From the NCBI GenBank assembly GCA_043817235.1, contig JBDRHA010000006.1, positions 10,041 to 74,040 on the forward strand: a DNA stretch of 64,000 bases. Direction: 5' to 3'. Each line of letters opens with the position of its first letter. The first letter of the stretch is position 1. The notes under the pieces were generated by a model. That model did not search any database and was not told where the DNA came from. It saw only the letters and a list, made by a program, of their open reading frames with translations. A program made the translations under genes and the position numbers. Positions 37,217-46,170 of the stretch are shown in pieces. Source of the stretch: Candidatus Shapirobacteria bacterium (GTDB lineage Bacteria > Patescibacteriota > Microgenomatia > UBA12405 > BS750m-G30).

Positions 37217-39667
37217 ATGAATTTTCTTTCTTGGCATTATCAAAAGGGAATTGGCTACTATTGGAATCGCTATTTACATGCCTTAGGCTGGATTAAACAT
37301 CAATATTCTTATGTGTTGCTTTTAAAAACCCTTTTTTCTCCTTACAAAAGAATGGTTATGGACGAAAGGGCAGGCTTTAATTTGCAAAAATGGGCGCAAA
37401 ATCTGACCTTTAATTTAATTTCCCGCGGTATTGGCGCTATTGTTCGCTCCCTTTTTCTTATTTCCGGTCTGATCCTTTTAATCTTAGCCTTAATTTTAGG
37501 ATTTTTAGGATTAATTATCTGGACCTTTATTCCTGTTTTTAGTTTGCCTGCTTACTTTTGCCAAAAGAAATCTTATTCTAATTTGCTTTCTAAAATAGCC
37601 AAAAAGATAAACGGTCATCCTCAAGATGCTTTAAAAATAATTTTTTCTAACCCCGCTGGAAAGTTTATTTTAAATAAAAGCGGAATTGAAAATTTGGAAA
37701 ATATCAAGATAAAAGAAAGCCCCGCTTTGCTTGAGGCAAAAACTTGGGAAAAAGCGGTTATTTGGCTTAAGGAAAACACCCAAGACTTAGAGGAAGTTCT
37801 TAGATCAAAAAATCTTGATTTTGAAGATTTGCGCTTAGCCGCCGTTTGGCAGGATCAAAAAATTAAACATTCTTTAGAAAAAGAAGAAGAAAAAAATAAA
37901 TTTGGCCGGCCGGGAATTGGGCTGGAGCTTCTTTTTGGCTTTACCCCCAACTTAGATCAATACACAAAAGACTTAAGCATCAGCCAGCCGTTTTTTCACC
38001 GCCTAATCGGCCGAGACAAGCTAATTGCCGAAATTGAGCGTACGCTAACAAGCGGTAAAAGCGTTTTTTTAATAGGCCAGCCGGGAGTGGGCAAAAAAAC
38101 CAGTGTTTTAGAGTTTGCCAAAAGAGCGGCTAATGGAGATTTGGGCAAGCAAATGGCTTATAGAAGGGTATTGGAGCTAAATTGTGGATTTTTGCTGGCG
38201 GAAAGCGCTGATCTGGATGCCAAAAAGACCAAGCTGAGCAAAATTTTAGCCGAAGCGGCTCGGGCAGGGAATGTTATTCTAGTAATTAGAGATATTCACC
38301 GTTTAACTAATTCGGAGACAGAGGGCCATGATTTTGCCGATATTTTCGCAGAGTATTTAGAGAAAAAAGACTTAAAAATAATGGCGATTCTAAGCTCGAT
38401 TGAGTATGAGCGTTTTGTAGCTCCGGACAGTCGGCTAGCCAAGTTTTTTTCAGCAATTGAAGTGGTTCCTCCTAACTTCCGGCAAGCCTTGCTTATTTTA
38501 ATGATTATTGCTGATGTTATTGAGAAAAGAGAAAAATTAGAGATTAAAATACCGGTTTTGCGTCGAAGCTTGGAGGGGAGCGATCAGTACATAACGGAAA
38601 TTCCTTTTCCGGAAAAAGCGATTGCTTTGCTTGAAGAAGCGGTAGTTTTGGCTGGACAAAGCGGCAAGCAAGAAGTAGTGCCCGAAGACGTAAACACGGT
38701 TTTAGCTCAAAAAACTGGGATTTCTTTTTCTCATCTTACTCAAACCGAAAAAGACCGCCTGCAGAATATTGAAGAAATTATTCATCAGAAATTAATCAAT
38801 CAAAACGGAGCCGTTGACCTGATTGCTAAAAGTTTGCGAGCCAGAAGCGTGGGGGTTAAAGACGAGAAGCGGCCGATCGGCTCTTTTTTGTTTTTGGGGC
38901 CGACCGGAGTAGGAAAAACTCAAACCGCTAAAGTGCTAGCCGAAGTTTATTATGGAAGCGAGAAAAACATTCTTCGCTTTGATATGGCCGAATATTCTGG
39001 AAATAACGGGCTGAATCGGCTTATTGGCTTGGTGGAAAAAAATCAGCCAGGGGCTCTTACAACCGCCATTAAAAATAGTCTGGCAAGTTTGCTGCTTTTG
39101 GATGAAATAGAAAAAGCTCCGCCGGAAATTATTAATCTTTTTTTGGCTCTTTTAGATGAGGGTCAGATTACTGATGCTTGGGGCAAGAAAATAAATTGCC
39201 GGCATTTGTTTGTAATCGCCACCTCTAATGCGGGGAGCGAGTTTATCCGCCAATTGGTTTCAGGAGGAGCAGAAAGAGAAGAACTGCAGTCTCAAGTTTT
39301 GAATTATATTCAAAAAGAAAAATTATTTTCTCCGGAGTTTTTGAACCGATTTGACGGAGTAGTAGTTTATGAACCTTTAGAAAATGAGCATTTAGTAAAA
39401 ATTGCCGGCTTACTGCTTGCTGAACTTCAGGATAAATTGAAAAAAAAGAATATCAATTTAGAGATTGCCTCTCGGGTTTGCGAAAAAATTGCGGTTGATG
39501 GGTATCAGCCAGAGCTGGGCGCTAGGCCGATGCGTCGGATTATTGATCTGGTTTTGGGAGATTTGCTGGGCAAGGCGATTTTAAATGACCAGATCAACAG
39601 CGGGGATAAAATTATGATTATTCCTCAGGAAGGGAAAGACCACTATTCCTGGGAAAAAATAAATTAA
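37217..39667 (+). CDS. ClpA/B-like AAA+ ATPase with N-terminal membrane segment
   Basis: GQPGVGKK; RPIGSFLFLGPTGVGKT; LLLLDEIEKA; PEFLNRFD; GARPMRR. Confidence 0.85.
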   Translation: MNFLSWHYQKGIGYYWNRYLHALGWIKHQYSYVLLLKTLFSPYKRMVMDERAGFNLQKWAQNLTFNLISRGIGAIVRSLFLISGLILLILALILGFLGLIIWTFIPVFSLPAYFCQKKSYSNLLSKIAKKINGHPQDALKIIFSNPAGKFILNKSGIENLENIKIKESPALLEAKTWEKAVIWLKENTQDLEEVLRSKNLDFEDLRLAAVWQDQKIKHSLEKEEEKNKFGRPGIGLELLFGFTPNLDQYTKDLSISQPFFHRLIGRDKLIAEIERTLTSGKSVFLIGQPGVGKKTSVLEFAKRAANGDLGKQMAYRRVLELNCGFLLAESADLDAKKTKLSKILAEAARAGNVILVIRDIHRLTNSETEGHDFADIFAEYLEKKDLKIMAILSSIEYERFVAPDSRLAKFFSAIEVVPPNFRQALLILMIIADVIEKREKLEIKIPVLRRSLEGSDQYITEIPFPEKAIALLEEAVVLAGQSGKQEVVPEDVNTVLAQKTGISFSHLTQTEKDRLQNIEEIIHQKLINQNGAVDLIAKSLRARSVGVKDEKRPIGSFLFLGPTGVGKTQTAKVLAEVYYGSEKNILRFDMAEYSGNNGLNRLIGLVEKNQPGALTTAIKNSLASLLLLDEIEKAPPEIINLFLALLDEGQITDAWGKKINCRHLFVIATSNAGSEFIRQLVSGGAEREELQSQVLNYIQKEKLFSPEFLNRFDGVVVYEPLENEHLVKIAGLLLAELQDKLKKKNINLEIASRVCEKIAVDGYQPELGARPMRRIIDLVLGDLLGKAILNDQINSGDKIMIIPQEGKDHYSWEKIN

Positions 39668-39669
39668 GT

Positions 39670-40320
39670 ATGCTAGTTTTAGGCTTGGGCAATCCGGAAA
39701 AAGAATATCAAGATAATCGCCATAATACGGGCAAGCAGTTTTTAGACTTTTTAGACCAAAATAACGAATTAAATTGGCAAAAAAGAAAAGACTTGCTTTG
39801 TTTTTTGGCCAAGAAAGATGATTTATATTTGGCCAAATCTCTAACTTATATGAATGATTCGGGTCAAGCTGCTCAGGCTTTAGTAAAAAAATTAAAAGTA
39901 AAATTAAATAATTTTTATTTAGCTCATGATGAGCTGGATTTAAAATTAGGGGAGTATAAAATTAGCTTTGGCAAAAGTTCGGCTCTTCATAAAGGAGTTT
40001 TATCAGTAGAGCGGGAGCTAAAAAGTAAAGATTTCTGGCGCGTTAGGATTGGGGTAGATAATCGCGATTCAGAAAACCGGATTGCGGGGGAAAGATATGT
40101 TTTGCAGGATTTTCGATCAGAGGAAGAAAAAAAGCTAAAAAAAGTATTTGAGGAAATCATTGTGTCATTGCGGGGGTATTGTCATCCTGAGCGAAGTCGA
40201 AGGATCTTTCCGAAGATTCCTCGATCCCGCAGCTGCGGGACTCAAGATGACTATTTAAACTGTCATTCCGAGCGCAGCCCCGCTACTGCGGGGCGTAGCC
40301 GAGGGATCTTTGAGAATTAA
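39670..40320 (+). CDS. pth: Peptidyl-tRNA hydrolase with REP-derived C-terminal extension
   Basis: LGLGNP..NRHNTG, YMNDSG, HDELD, HKG, RVRIGV. Confidence 0.92.
   Translation: MLVLGLGNPEKEYQDNRHNTGKQFLDFLDQNNELNWQKRKDLLCFLAKKDDLYLAKSLTYMNDSGQAAQALVKKLKVKLNNFYLAHDELDLKLGEYKISFGKSSALHKGVLSVERELKSKDFWRVRIGVDNRDSENRIAGERYVLQDFRSEEEKKLKKVFEEIIVSLRGYCHPERSRRIFPKIPRSRSCGTQDDYLNCHSERSPATAGRSRGIFEN
40163..40312. repeat. REP cluster 5' of the GIY-YIG gene
   Basis: Three TGTCAT-tagged units. Confidence 0.9.
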
Positions 40321-40353
40321 GTAGGGATTTCCCTCTGGTAAAATTATTATTAA

Positions 40354-40644
40354 ATGCAAAAACAGTTCTTTGTTTATATCTTAAGCAATTTCAAAAGAAA
40401 CGTTCTTTGCATTGGGGTTACCAGTAATTTAAGGAAAAGGGTTTGGGAACACAGGCAAGATTTAGTTCAAGGATTTACCAAAAAATATCAAGTTCATGAC
40501 CTGCTCTATTACGAAGTGTTTACTGATTCTATGCTGGCGATTGCCAGAGAAAAACAGCTAAAAAAATGGAACAGAAGAAAGAAAAATGCCTTAATTGCGA
40601 CGACCAATCCTAAACTTAAAGATCTTTATTCAATAATTTCTTAG
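40354..40644 (+). CDS. Stand-alone GIY-YIG nuclease
   Basis: FVYIL..LCIGVTSNLRKRVWEH..GFTKKY..LLYYE..AIAREKQLKKW..NP. Confidence 0.9.
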   Translation: MQKQFFVYILSNFKRNVLCIGVTSNLRKRVWEHRQDLVQGFTKKYQVHDLLYYEVFTDSMLAIAREKQLKKWNRRKKNALIATTNPKLKDLYSIIS

Positions 40645-40652
40645 ATTGACAA

Positions 40653-40780
40653 AAGATCTTTCGACTTCGCTCGGGATGACAGGAAACAATGTCATTCCGA
40701 GCATAGTCGAGGAATCTTTGGCGATTAAGCGAAGTATTTTTCTGATTTACGAAAGATCCTTCGGCTACGCTCAGGATGAC
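40653..40780. repeat. REP cluster 3' of the GIY-YIG gene
   Basis: CGCTCGGGATGAC end, plus REPIN 40691-40780 sharing its spacer with 43444-43554. Confidence 0.9.
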
Positions 40781-40787
40781 TTATGGA

Positions 40788-41783
40788 TCAACTAACCTGA
40801 TTTTCTGTCTTGTTTGCCAAAAAGGAGCGAATATTTTCATAAGTAGTTTGAATAATGCGTTTTATAGCCTCTTTGCTGTTAAAGGCATTGTGCGGGGTGA
40901 TAATCACGTTCGGCATTTCTCTTAGCAGGTGAACCGCGACTAATTCTTTTAAATCATCATTAGAAATATAGCGAGAAAATAAAGCGGACGGATCATCTAA
41001 AATTTCTTCTTCCTCTAAAACGTCCAAGCCTGCCCCTCTCAAAATCTTTTGTTCTAGAGCCCATAAAATTGCTTCGGTTTCCACGACCGGGCCGCGGGCG
41101 GTGTTGATAAGCAAACTTCCTTTTTTCATTCTTTTAATATTTTGCTTATTTATTAAGTGATGAGTGGCTTTACAGTAGGGAACATGCAAGGAGATAATAT
41201 CTGACTCTTTTAAGCACAGCTCAAGGGGAACACGCTGATAGCCAAGCTTTTTTTCCAGTTTGGGGTGGCCCTCGTTGGTTACTCCCAGGACTTTCATCTC
41301 AAAGGCCTTGGCATAGCGCGTCATCCATTGGCCAATCTTTCCAACGCCTACCACTCCCAATATTTTCCCTTTTAAGTCAAAGCCGGTTAAGCCATTAGGT
41401 GAAAACCCACCTTGCCTGACTCTTTCCGAGCCTTCCACGATACGGCGGGATAAGGCCAAAATTAAAGCAAAAGTATGCTCGGCGACCGTATTTTCGCCAT
41501 AAGAAGGAACGTTGCAAACTATGATTTTGTTTTTTTGGCAATATTCAAGGTCAATATGATCAAATCCGGTGGAACGGGTAGCAATCATTTTTAAAGCGGG
41601 TAGTTTTTTTAAGATTTTGGCCGATAGATCAGAGTAAATAAAAGTGGAAATAATTTCATACTCGGCTGCGGTTTTTAAATCTTCTTCTACTTCAGAAGGA
41701 TAAATATCTGCTTTTAGCTTTTTGGCAAAAGAAGGCAAAACCTCTTTTTCCCATTCTTTTAATTCAAAAAAGGCAATTTTCAT
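40788..41783 (-). CDS. D-2-hydroxyacid (D-lactate-type) dehydrogenase
   Basis: RSTGFDHID, VAEH, GVGKIG, INTARG, LDVLEEE, TPHNAF. Confidence 0.9.
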   Translation of the reverse strand: MKIAFFELKEWEKEVLPSFAKKLKADIYPSEVEEDLKTAAEYEIISTFIYSDLSAKILKKLPALKMIATRSTGFDHIDLEYCQKNKIIVCNVPSYGENTVAEHTFALILALSRRIVEGSERVRQGGFSPNGLTGFDLKGKILGVVGVGKIGQWMTRYAKAFEMKVLGVTNEGHPKLEKKLGYQRVPLELCLKESDIISLHVPYCKATHHLINKQNIKRMKKGSLLINTARGPVVETEAILWALEQKILRGAGLDVLEEEEILDDPSALFSRYISNDDLKELVAVHLLREMPNVIITPHNAFNSKEAIKRIIQTTYENIRSFLANKTENQVS

Positions 41784-41788
41784 ATTTT

Positions 41789-43261
41789 TTAAGGACAGCT
41801 GGCAGTGGAGCCATTATCGCATATTTCCGGGCCGTAAAGAAGACCGGTGGCAGGGTTGTATGCCTGAGCACAGTATTGATAAGTTGTCCCACATTCTAAA
41901 TAGGCTTGGGCTGTCACAAAGGGGACAGCCATACTGGTGTAGGCAGATAAAATATCTGTCCAGCCAGACGGGTTACGGTAAAGATGAATTTCGTGACCGG
42001 TTGGGCAGTCGGTCACGATTGTCACAATTTGGATTTGGCTGGCGTATTTTTGATCGCTGGCGGCAATCGATAGGAGCCTGCACTCGCCCTGAAGCTGAGG
42101 GGTGGGCAAGGATGTGGGAGTAGCGATCACTCGGGGGCCCAAACTATTGGCTGCCTGGTCAAAGTCGCCAATAAAAGACCAGAAATTAAACATTTCTTTG
42201 CCTTGATAAATAATTCCGTTATTTTTCCCGGGAAGATTTTGCATCCACCAGACATAATAAGCTACCTCCGTGCAAGTGGAGTCAGTGAAAGTGTTGCTGC
42301 AGCTCTTGCACCCAAAGTACTTTCCCCAAGTCTGACAATTAAGATTTTTTTGCGCCCCGCCCTCCGGCTTCCAGTTTTCGCAGTCAGAAAGAATGATTTG
42401 ATAATTTTGGTAATCATATTCTTTTAAAGAATTTGGGGGGTTATGGGTGTTTCCGCAATGTCTTTGGGTGCCTACCCATTCCGGCTTTTGAGGACAGCAG
42501 GAATATTTTACTCCGGCAAACTTATCAGAAAACAAAGATTTATCTACCCATTCTGAAATTGCCTCTAGGTGATGCATATGATTGTGCAAAGGAAATCTTT
42601 CCAAATAAGGCTCATTGGCGTAAGCGGGAAGGGTATAGTTATAAACTGTGTAAGTGTTTTGGCAGCGAGGATAGCTTAATCCGGAAGCTTTAATAGTTGC
42701 CAAAGACCCGACCTGAAAAGACTCAATCGGGTGAACCTGGTCATTATGGGGCATCCAGATCCAAATTTCTTTAATTCCTTTGTTGTCTACATAATCGCAG
42801 ATATTAAAGCCCAATTCGGTGAAGATAGCCTGGTGATCCGCCGGCCGGCTCTTGCCCTCACCTGCCTGGCGGGGGACAGATTGGCTGAAATTTTTTCTTT
42901 CAACGAAAGTATAATGCAAAGAAGAGGAGGCATTGGCGTTACGATAGCCATGATAGATGCTTCCTTTTTCCAAGGCGGCGGCAATTTTATTTTCTACTCC
43001 CTGTAATAAGGATTTGGCAGTTGCCACCGAATACTTAGCTCTAGTTTCCGGGTCCAGCTGGCCGTTCTTATCAGCGTCGGTTAAAAAGCGTAAAACTAAA
43101 ACGGGAATTTTGTACTCATAATTCGGTTCTTGAAGATTGGGCCGAAAATTGCGGTCAGGCGGGGGAGAGAAGCTCTTGCTATACTGAGCAAAAGAAAAAG
43201 AAAAAATACCCAAACTGACGGCCGCCAAAAAAAAGATTAGATACCCCAGTTTCTTACTCAC
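41789..43261 (-). CDS. Secreted Cys-rich protein, possible metallopeptidase-like
   Basis: Signal peptide; HNHMHHLE and CGNTHNPPN. Confidence 0.6.
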   Translation of the reverse strand: MSKKLGYLIFFLAAVSLGIFSFSFAQYSKSFSPPPDRNFRPNLQEPNYEYKIPVLVLRFLTDADKNGQLDPETRAKYSVATAKSLLQGVENKIAAALEKGSIYHGYRNANASSSLHYTFVERKNFSQSVPRQAGEGKSRPADHQAIFTELGFNICDYVDNKGIKEIWIWMPHNDQVHPIESFQVGSLATIKASGLSYPRCQNTYTVYNYTLPAYANEPYLERFPLHNHMHHLEAISEWVDKSLFSDKFAGVKYSCCPQKPEWVGTQRHCGNTHNPPNSLKEYDYQNYQIILSDCENWKPEGGAQKNLNCQTWGKYFGCKSCSNTFTDSTCTEVAYYVWWMQNLPGKNNGIIYQGKEMFNFWSFIGDFDQAANSLGPRVIATPTSLPTPQLQGECRLLSIAASDQKYASQIQIVTIVTDCPTGHEIHLYRNPSGWTDILSAYTSMAVPFVTAQAYLECGTTYQYCAQAYNPATGLLYGPEICDNGSTASCP

Positions 43262-43309
43262 AATATTTTGATTATATTGAGATTTATCTAAATAGTAAAG
43301 TTCTAGCTA

Positions 43310-43554
43310 GTCATTCCGAGCTTCGAGACCAGTGTCATTGCGAGTCCCGATGGTTCTGTTAGCCATCGGGGCGCGGCAATCCCGCTGGGATTACGGGTTA
43401 CGCACGGGATCGTTCCGCTACGCTCAGGATGGCGATTTAAACTGTCATTCCGAGCGCAGCCCCGCAGTAGCGGGGCGCAGTCGAGGAATCTTTGGCAATT
43501 AAGCGAAGTATTTCTCTGATTTACGAAAGACCCTTCGGCTACGCTCAGGATGAC
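43310..43554. repeat. REP cluster
   Basis: Multiple GTCATT units between genes. Confidence 0.9.
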
Positions 43555-43562
43555 GATCTCTT

Positions 43563-45329
43563 TTACCAGCTTCCTCCGCCGCCGCCGCCAAAGCCGCCAC
43601 CGGAAGAGCCGCCGCCGCTAAAGCCTGATCCTCCGGACCAAGAGGAGCGGCCGGACCAAGATTGACTGGGTGAAGAAACTAGATTGGCGCTGGCTTGCCG
43701 GGAAAAACGATTAAAGTCAGCGTTAAAAGTACTCACGGCAAAGCCATTTAAATAAGAAGGCGGAGGAACTTCAAGTTTGGCCATATCGGAAGTTAATTTG
43801 GTGACTACGCTTAAGCAAATGGCCAAAGGCAGCATTTCCTCTAAAAATAAATGCTTTTCGCTAATTTCTTCCCGCCACTTTCCTTTGCCCAAATAGTACC
43901 GCAAGCCCGTGATTTGGCGAAAAAGCGAATGGCCCCAGGCCGTGCGGCGGGGCATGTTTTTGCCAAATAAAATCGCCGGGAGAATACCAGCGATTAATAA
44001 TAATATAGGGCCAGGGTTGGCGGTTAAACTAACAAAAGAAATAATCGGGCCAAAAACTGCCCCTGCCAAAACAAAGTAAATAATCAGCCACTTGAGGCGG
44101 ACTTTTTCCGGGTTGCCGGAAAAAATATTTTCTTGGGCTAGATATTCATAAAGCTTTTTCTTAAAAAGATTTAAAGAAGAGTAGAATTTATTTTTTAGTT
44201 CAGAAAGCTTAATTTCGCCGTCTTTAGCTTTGCTAAATATTTCTTGATATAAATATTTTTGGTAGCTTTTTAAGCTTTTCGTGTCTTTTTGTTTTTTAAT
44301 AAATAAATAGTCTGTTTTTTGGCCAATTAGCCTCTTTTTCTTTATTTTCTTAATTTCTAAAAAACCTAAACGGGCAAGCTCAATAATTTCAGCTACCACA
44401 TCTTGAATATCTACCTTTTCGTCTAAAATAGTGCCTACCTCGGCCGGGGTAAGGTTATCAATCGGGTGGTAAACCAAGGGCAGGTGCTCCCGAGCAAAAA
44501 CAGAAACAGTTTTTGTTTTTTGATTTTCTGGCTGGTAATAAACATTGCCAGAAACAAAGCGCAGATCCCGGCCCTTTTTATACCAGAAGAAAAATATTAT
44601 GGCCAGCGGAAGCAGCGCTAAAGGATAGCCCCAATTAGCAGCCAAAAAACTAATACTTCTTTCTAAAATCCCCGGAAAAATTAAATTATTTTCGGGTTCT
44701 AAGCCGACGACAATCGTAAAATCATCTCCCCAAGATAGGGGAGAGACAGCCGAAAATTCGGCAGAATTTTCGGTTTGATTAATTAGTTTTCCGTTAAAAC
44801 TTTCGGTTTTTGCTATTTTGCCATAAGGCGAAGTAATAATAGCCTTAGCTTGTTTAATAGTTGTATCCCACTCTGATCCAGTCACGTTCCAATAAAGTTC
44901 CGGCATACCCTCCGATTCGGAGGGCGAGTAAACTAAAAGAATATTTTTCATCTGATATTTAATAATATAAATATGTTCTCCTATAATGGTTTTACCAGGA
45001 TCGCCGATTTGGATTTTAATACTCTGATTTAGCCGGGAGGTTTGATACTGATAAGGCTGGCTCATTTCGTTTTCGATTGAGAGAATTTTAAGTTGAGCAT
45101 TAATCGTTCGGCCGTGGGCAGTGTATATCGTGGGAATAATTCGGAAGATTCCGTGTTTATTAATATTAAAATTAACCAAAATAGTTTCGGCGACTGTTAA
45201 AGAGGTATCCTGATTAATCGTAATTTCACTTTTAAAGTCTTCGATAATATAGTCAGAAGAAGTAGCCAAAGCAGGGGAGAGGAAAGCAAAAAACAAGAAA
45301 ATAGCTAAGCTGATTAAAAGCTTTTTCAT
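43563..45329 (-). CDS. DUF2207-family membrane protein
   Basis: Signal peptide, HGIFRIIP, ELYWNVTG, LTPAEVG, Gly/Ser tail GGGFGGGGGGSW. Confidence 0.88.
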   Translation of the reverse strand: MKKLLISLAIFLFFAFLSPALATSSDYIIEDFKSEITINQDTSLTVAETILVNFNINKHGIFRIIPTIYTAHGRTINAQLKILSIENEMSQPYQYQTSRLNQSIKIQIGDPGKTIIGEHIYIIKYQMKNILLVYSPSESEGMPELYWNVTGSEWDTTIKQAKAIITSPYGKIAKTESFNGKLINQTENSAEFSAVSPLSWGDDFTIVVGLEPENNLIFPGILERSISFLAANWGYPLALLPLAIIFFFWYKKGRDLRFVSGNVYYQPENQKTKTVSVFAREHLPLVYHPIDNLTPAEVGTILDEKVDIQDVVAEIIELARLGFLEIKKIKKKRLIGQKTDYLFIKKQKDTKSLKSYQKYLYQEIFSKAKDGEIKLSELKNKFYSSLNLFKKKLYEYLAQENIFSGNPEKVRLKWLIIYFVLAGAVFGPIISFVSLTANPGPILLLIAGILPAILFGKNMPRRTAWGHSLFRQITGLRYYLGKGKWREEISEKHLFLEEMLPLAICLSVVTKLTSDMAKLEVPPPSYLNGFAVSTFNADFNRFSRQASANLVSSPSQSWSGRSSWSGGSGFSGGGSSGGGFGGGGGGSW

Positions 45330-45359
45330 GGTTAATAATGATAGCATGAAATTCCCAGA

Positions 45360-45585
45360 GTCATTCCGAGCGAAGTCCCGAGTACTCGGGACGAAGTCGA
45401 GGAATCTTTAGGAGTAAAAAGATCCTTCGGCTGCGCCCCGTGAATCGCGGGGCTGCGCTCAGGATGACAGGAAACAATGTCATTGCGAGCCCCGCAGCTG
45501 CGGGGGAAGTAATCCCAGGCGGAATATGCAATCCCGTTGGATAGATTGCTTCGTTAGTCACTAGCGTTTCTTCCTCGCAATGACA
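45360..45585. repeat. REP cluster
   Basis: Two REPIN-like pairs, each carrying mini-hairpins. Confidence 0.9.
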
Positions 45586-45719
45586 AAGGAGGTTGAGATT
45601 TTCCTAAAAATATGATATTATAGGCTGTTTTCACCAAACAGAGCCAGCAATCGCGCTGACTTGCTTTGGTTGAAAAGCACATTAAAAGCCAGCAGTGGAC
45701 AAAACTGAAAGGAGACGCA

Positions 45720-46067
45720 ATGAAGGGCTTGGCGATCGTCGTTCTTTTCTTGGTTTCTCTTTGTCTCCTTGTCGAGACACCTACAGTTTCTCCGACTCCA
45801 GTTTTCCGGATCGGGGATTCGGTGGAGGTGGAGGGCATCGGCCTTCCTGACCCCGATTGCGCCGGCCTTTGGGGCGGCTGGAGGCAGTTCACGAGGGTAA
45901 GTTTCCTCGAAAAATGCTCTCAGCTTACTCCTGCAGGTCCGGCTTTCGGGATTGTCCGAGACGACGAAAGCGGAAGTTACCAGAACGGTGACTACGTTTT
46001 TGTCTGTTTATATTATGAACAGGGATGCGCCTGGTTCAGCCAGGTTTATCCCGTCGCCGGGGACTGA
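45720..46067 (+). CDS. Small exported hypothetical protein
   Basis: GAAAGGAGA RBS, signal peptide, four Cys in the mature part; hairpin at 46078-46135 follows. Confidence 0.5.
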   Translation: MKGLAIVVLFLVSLCLLVETPTVSPTPVFRIGDSVEVEGIGLPDPDCAGLWGGWRQFTRVSFLEKCSQLTPAGPAFGIVRDDESGSYQNGDYVFVCLYYEQGCAWFSQVYPVAGD

Positions 46068-46170
46068 ATTTTCACTCGAGAGAGAGCCAACTGTGTCCAT
46101 CTGGACACAAAAAATCCCACTGCTGGCTTCTCTCTTTTAAAAAAATTATTATTTTTGTTATAATTCAAAC

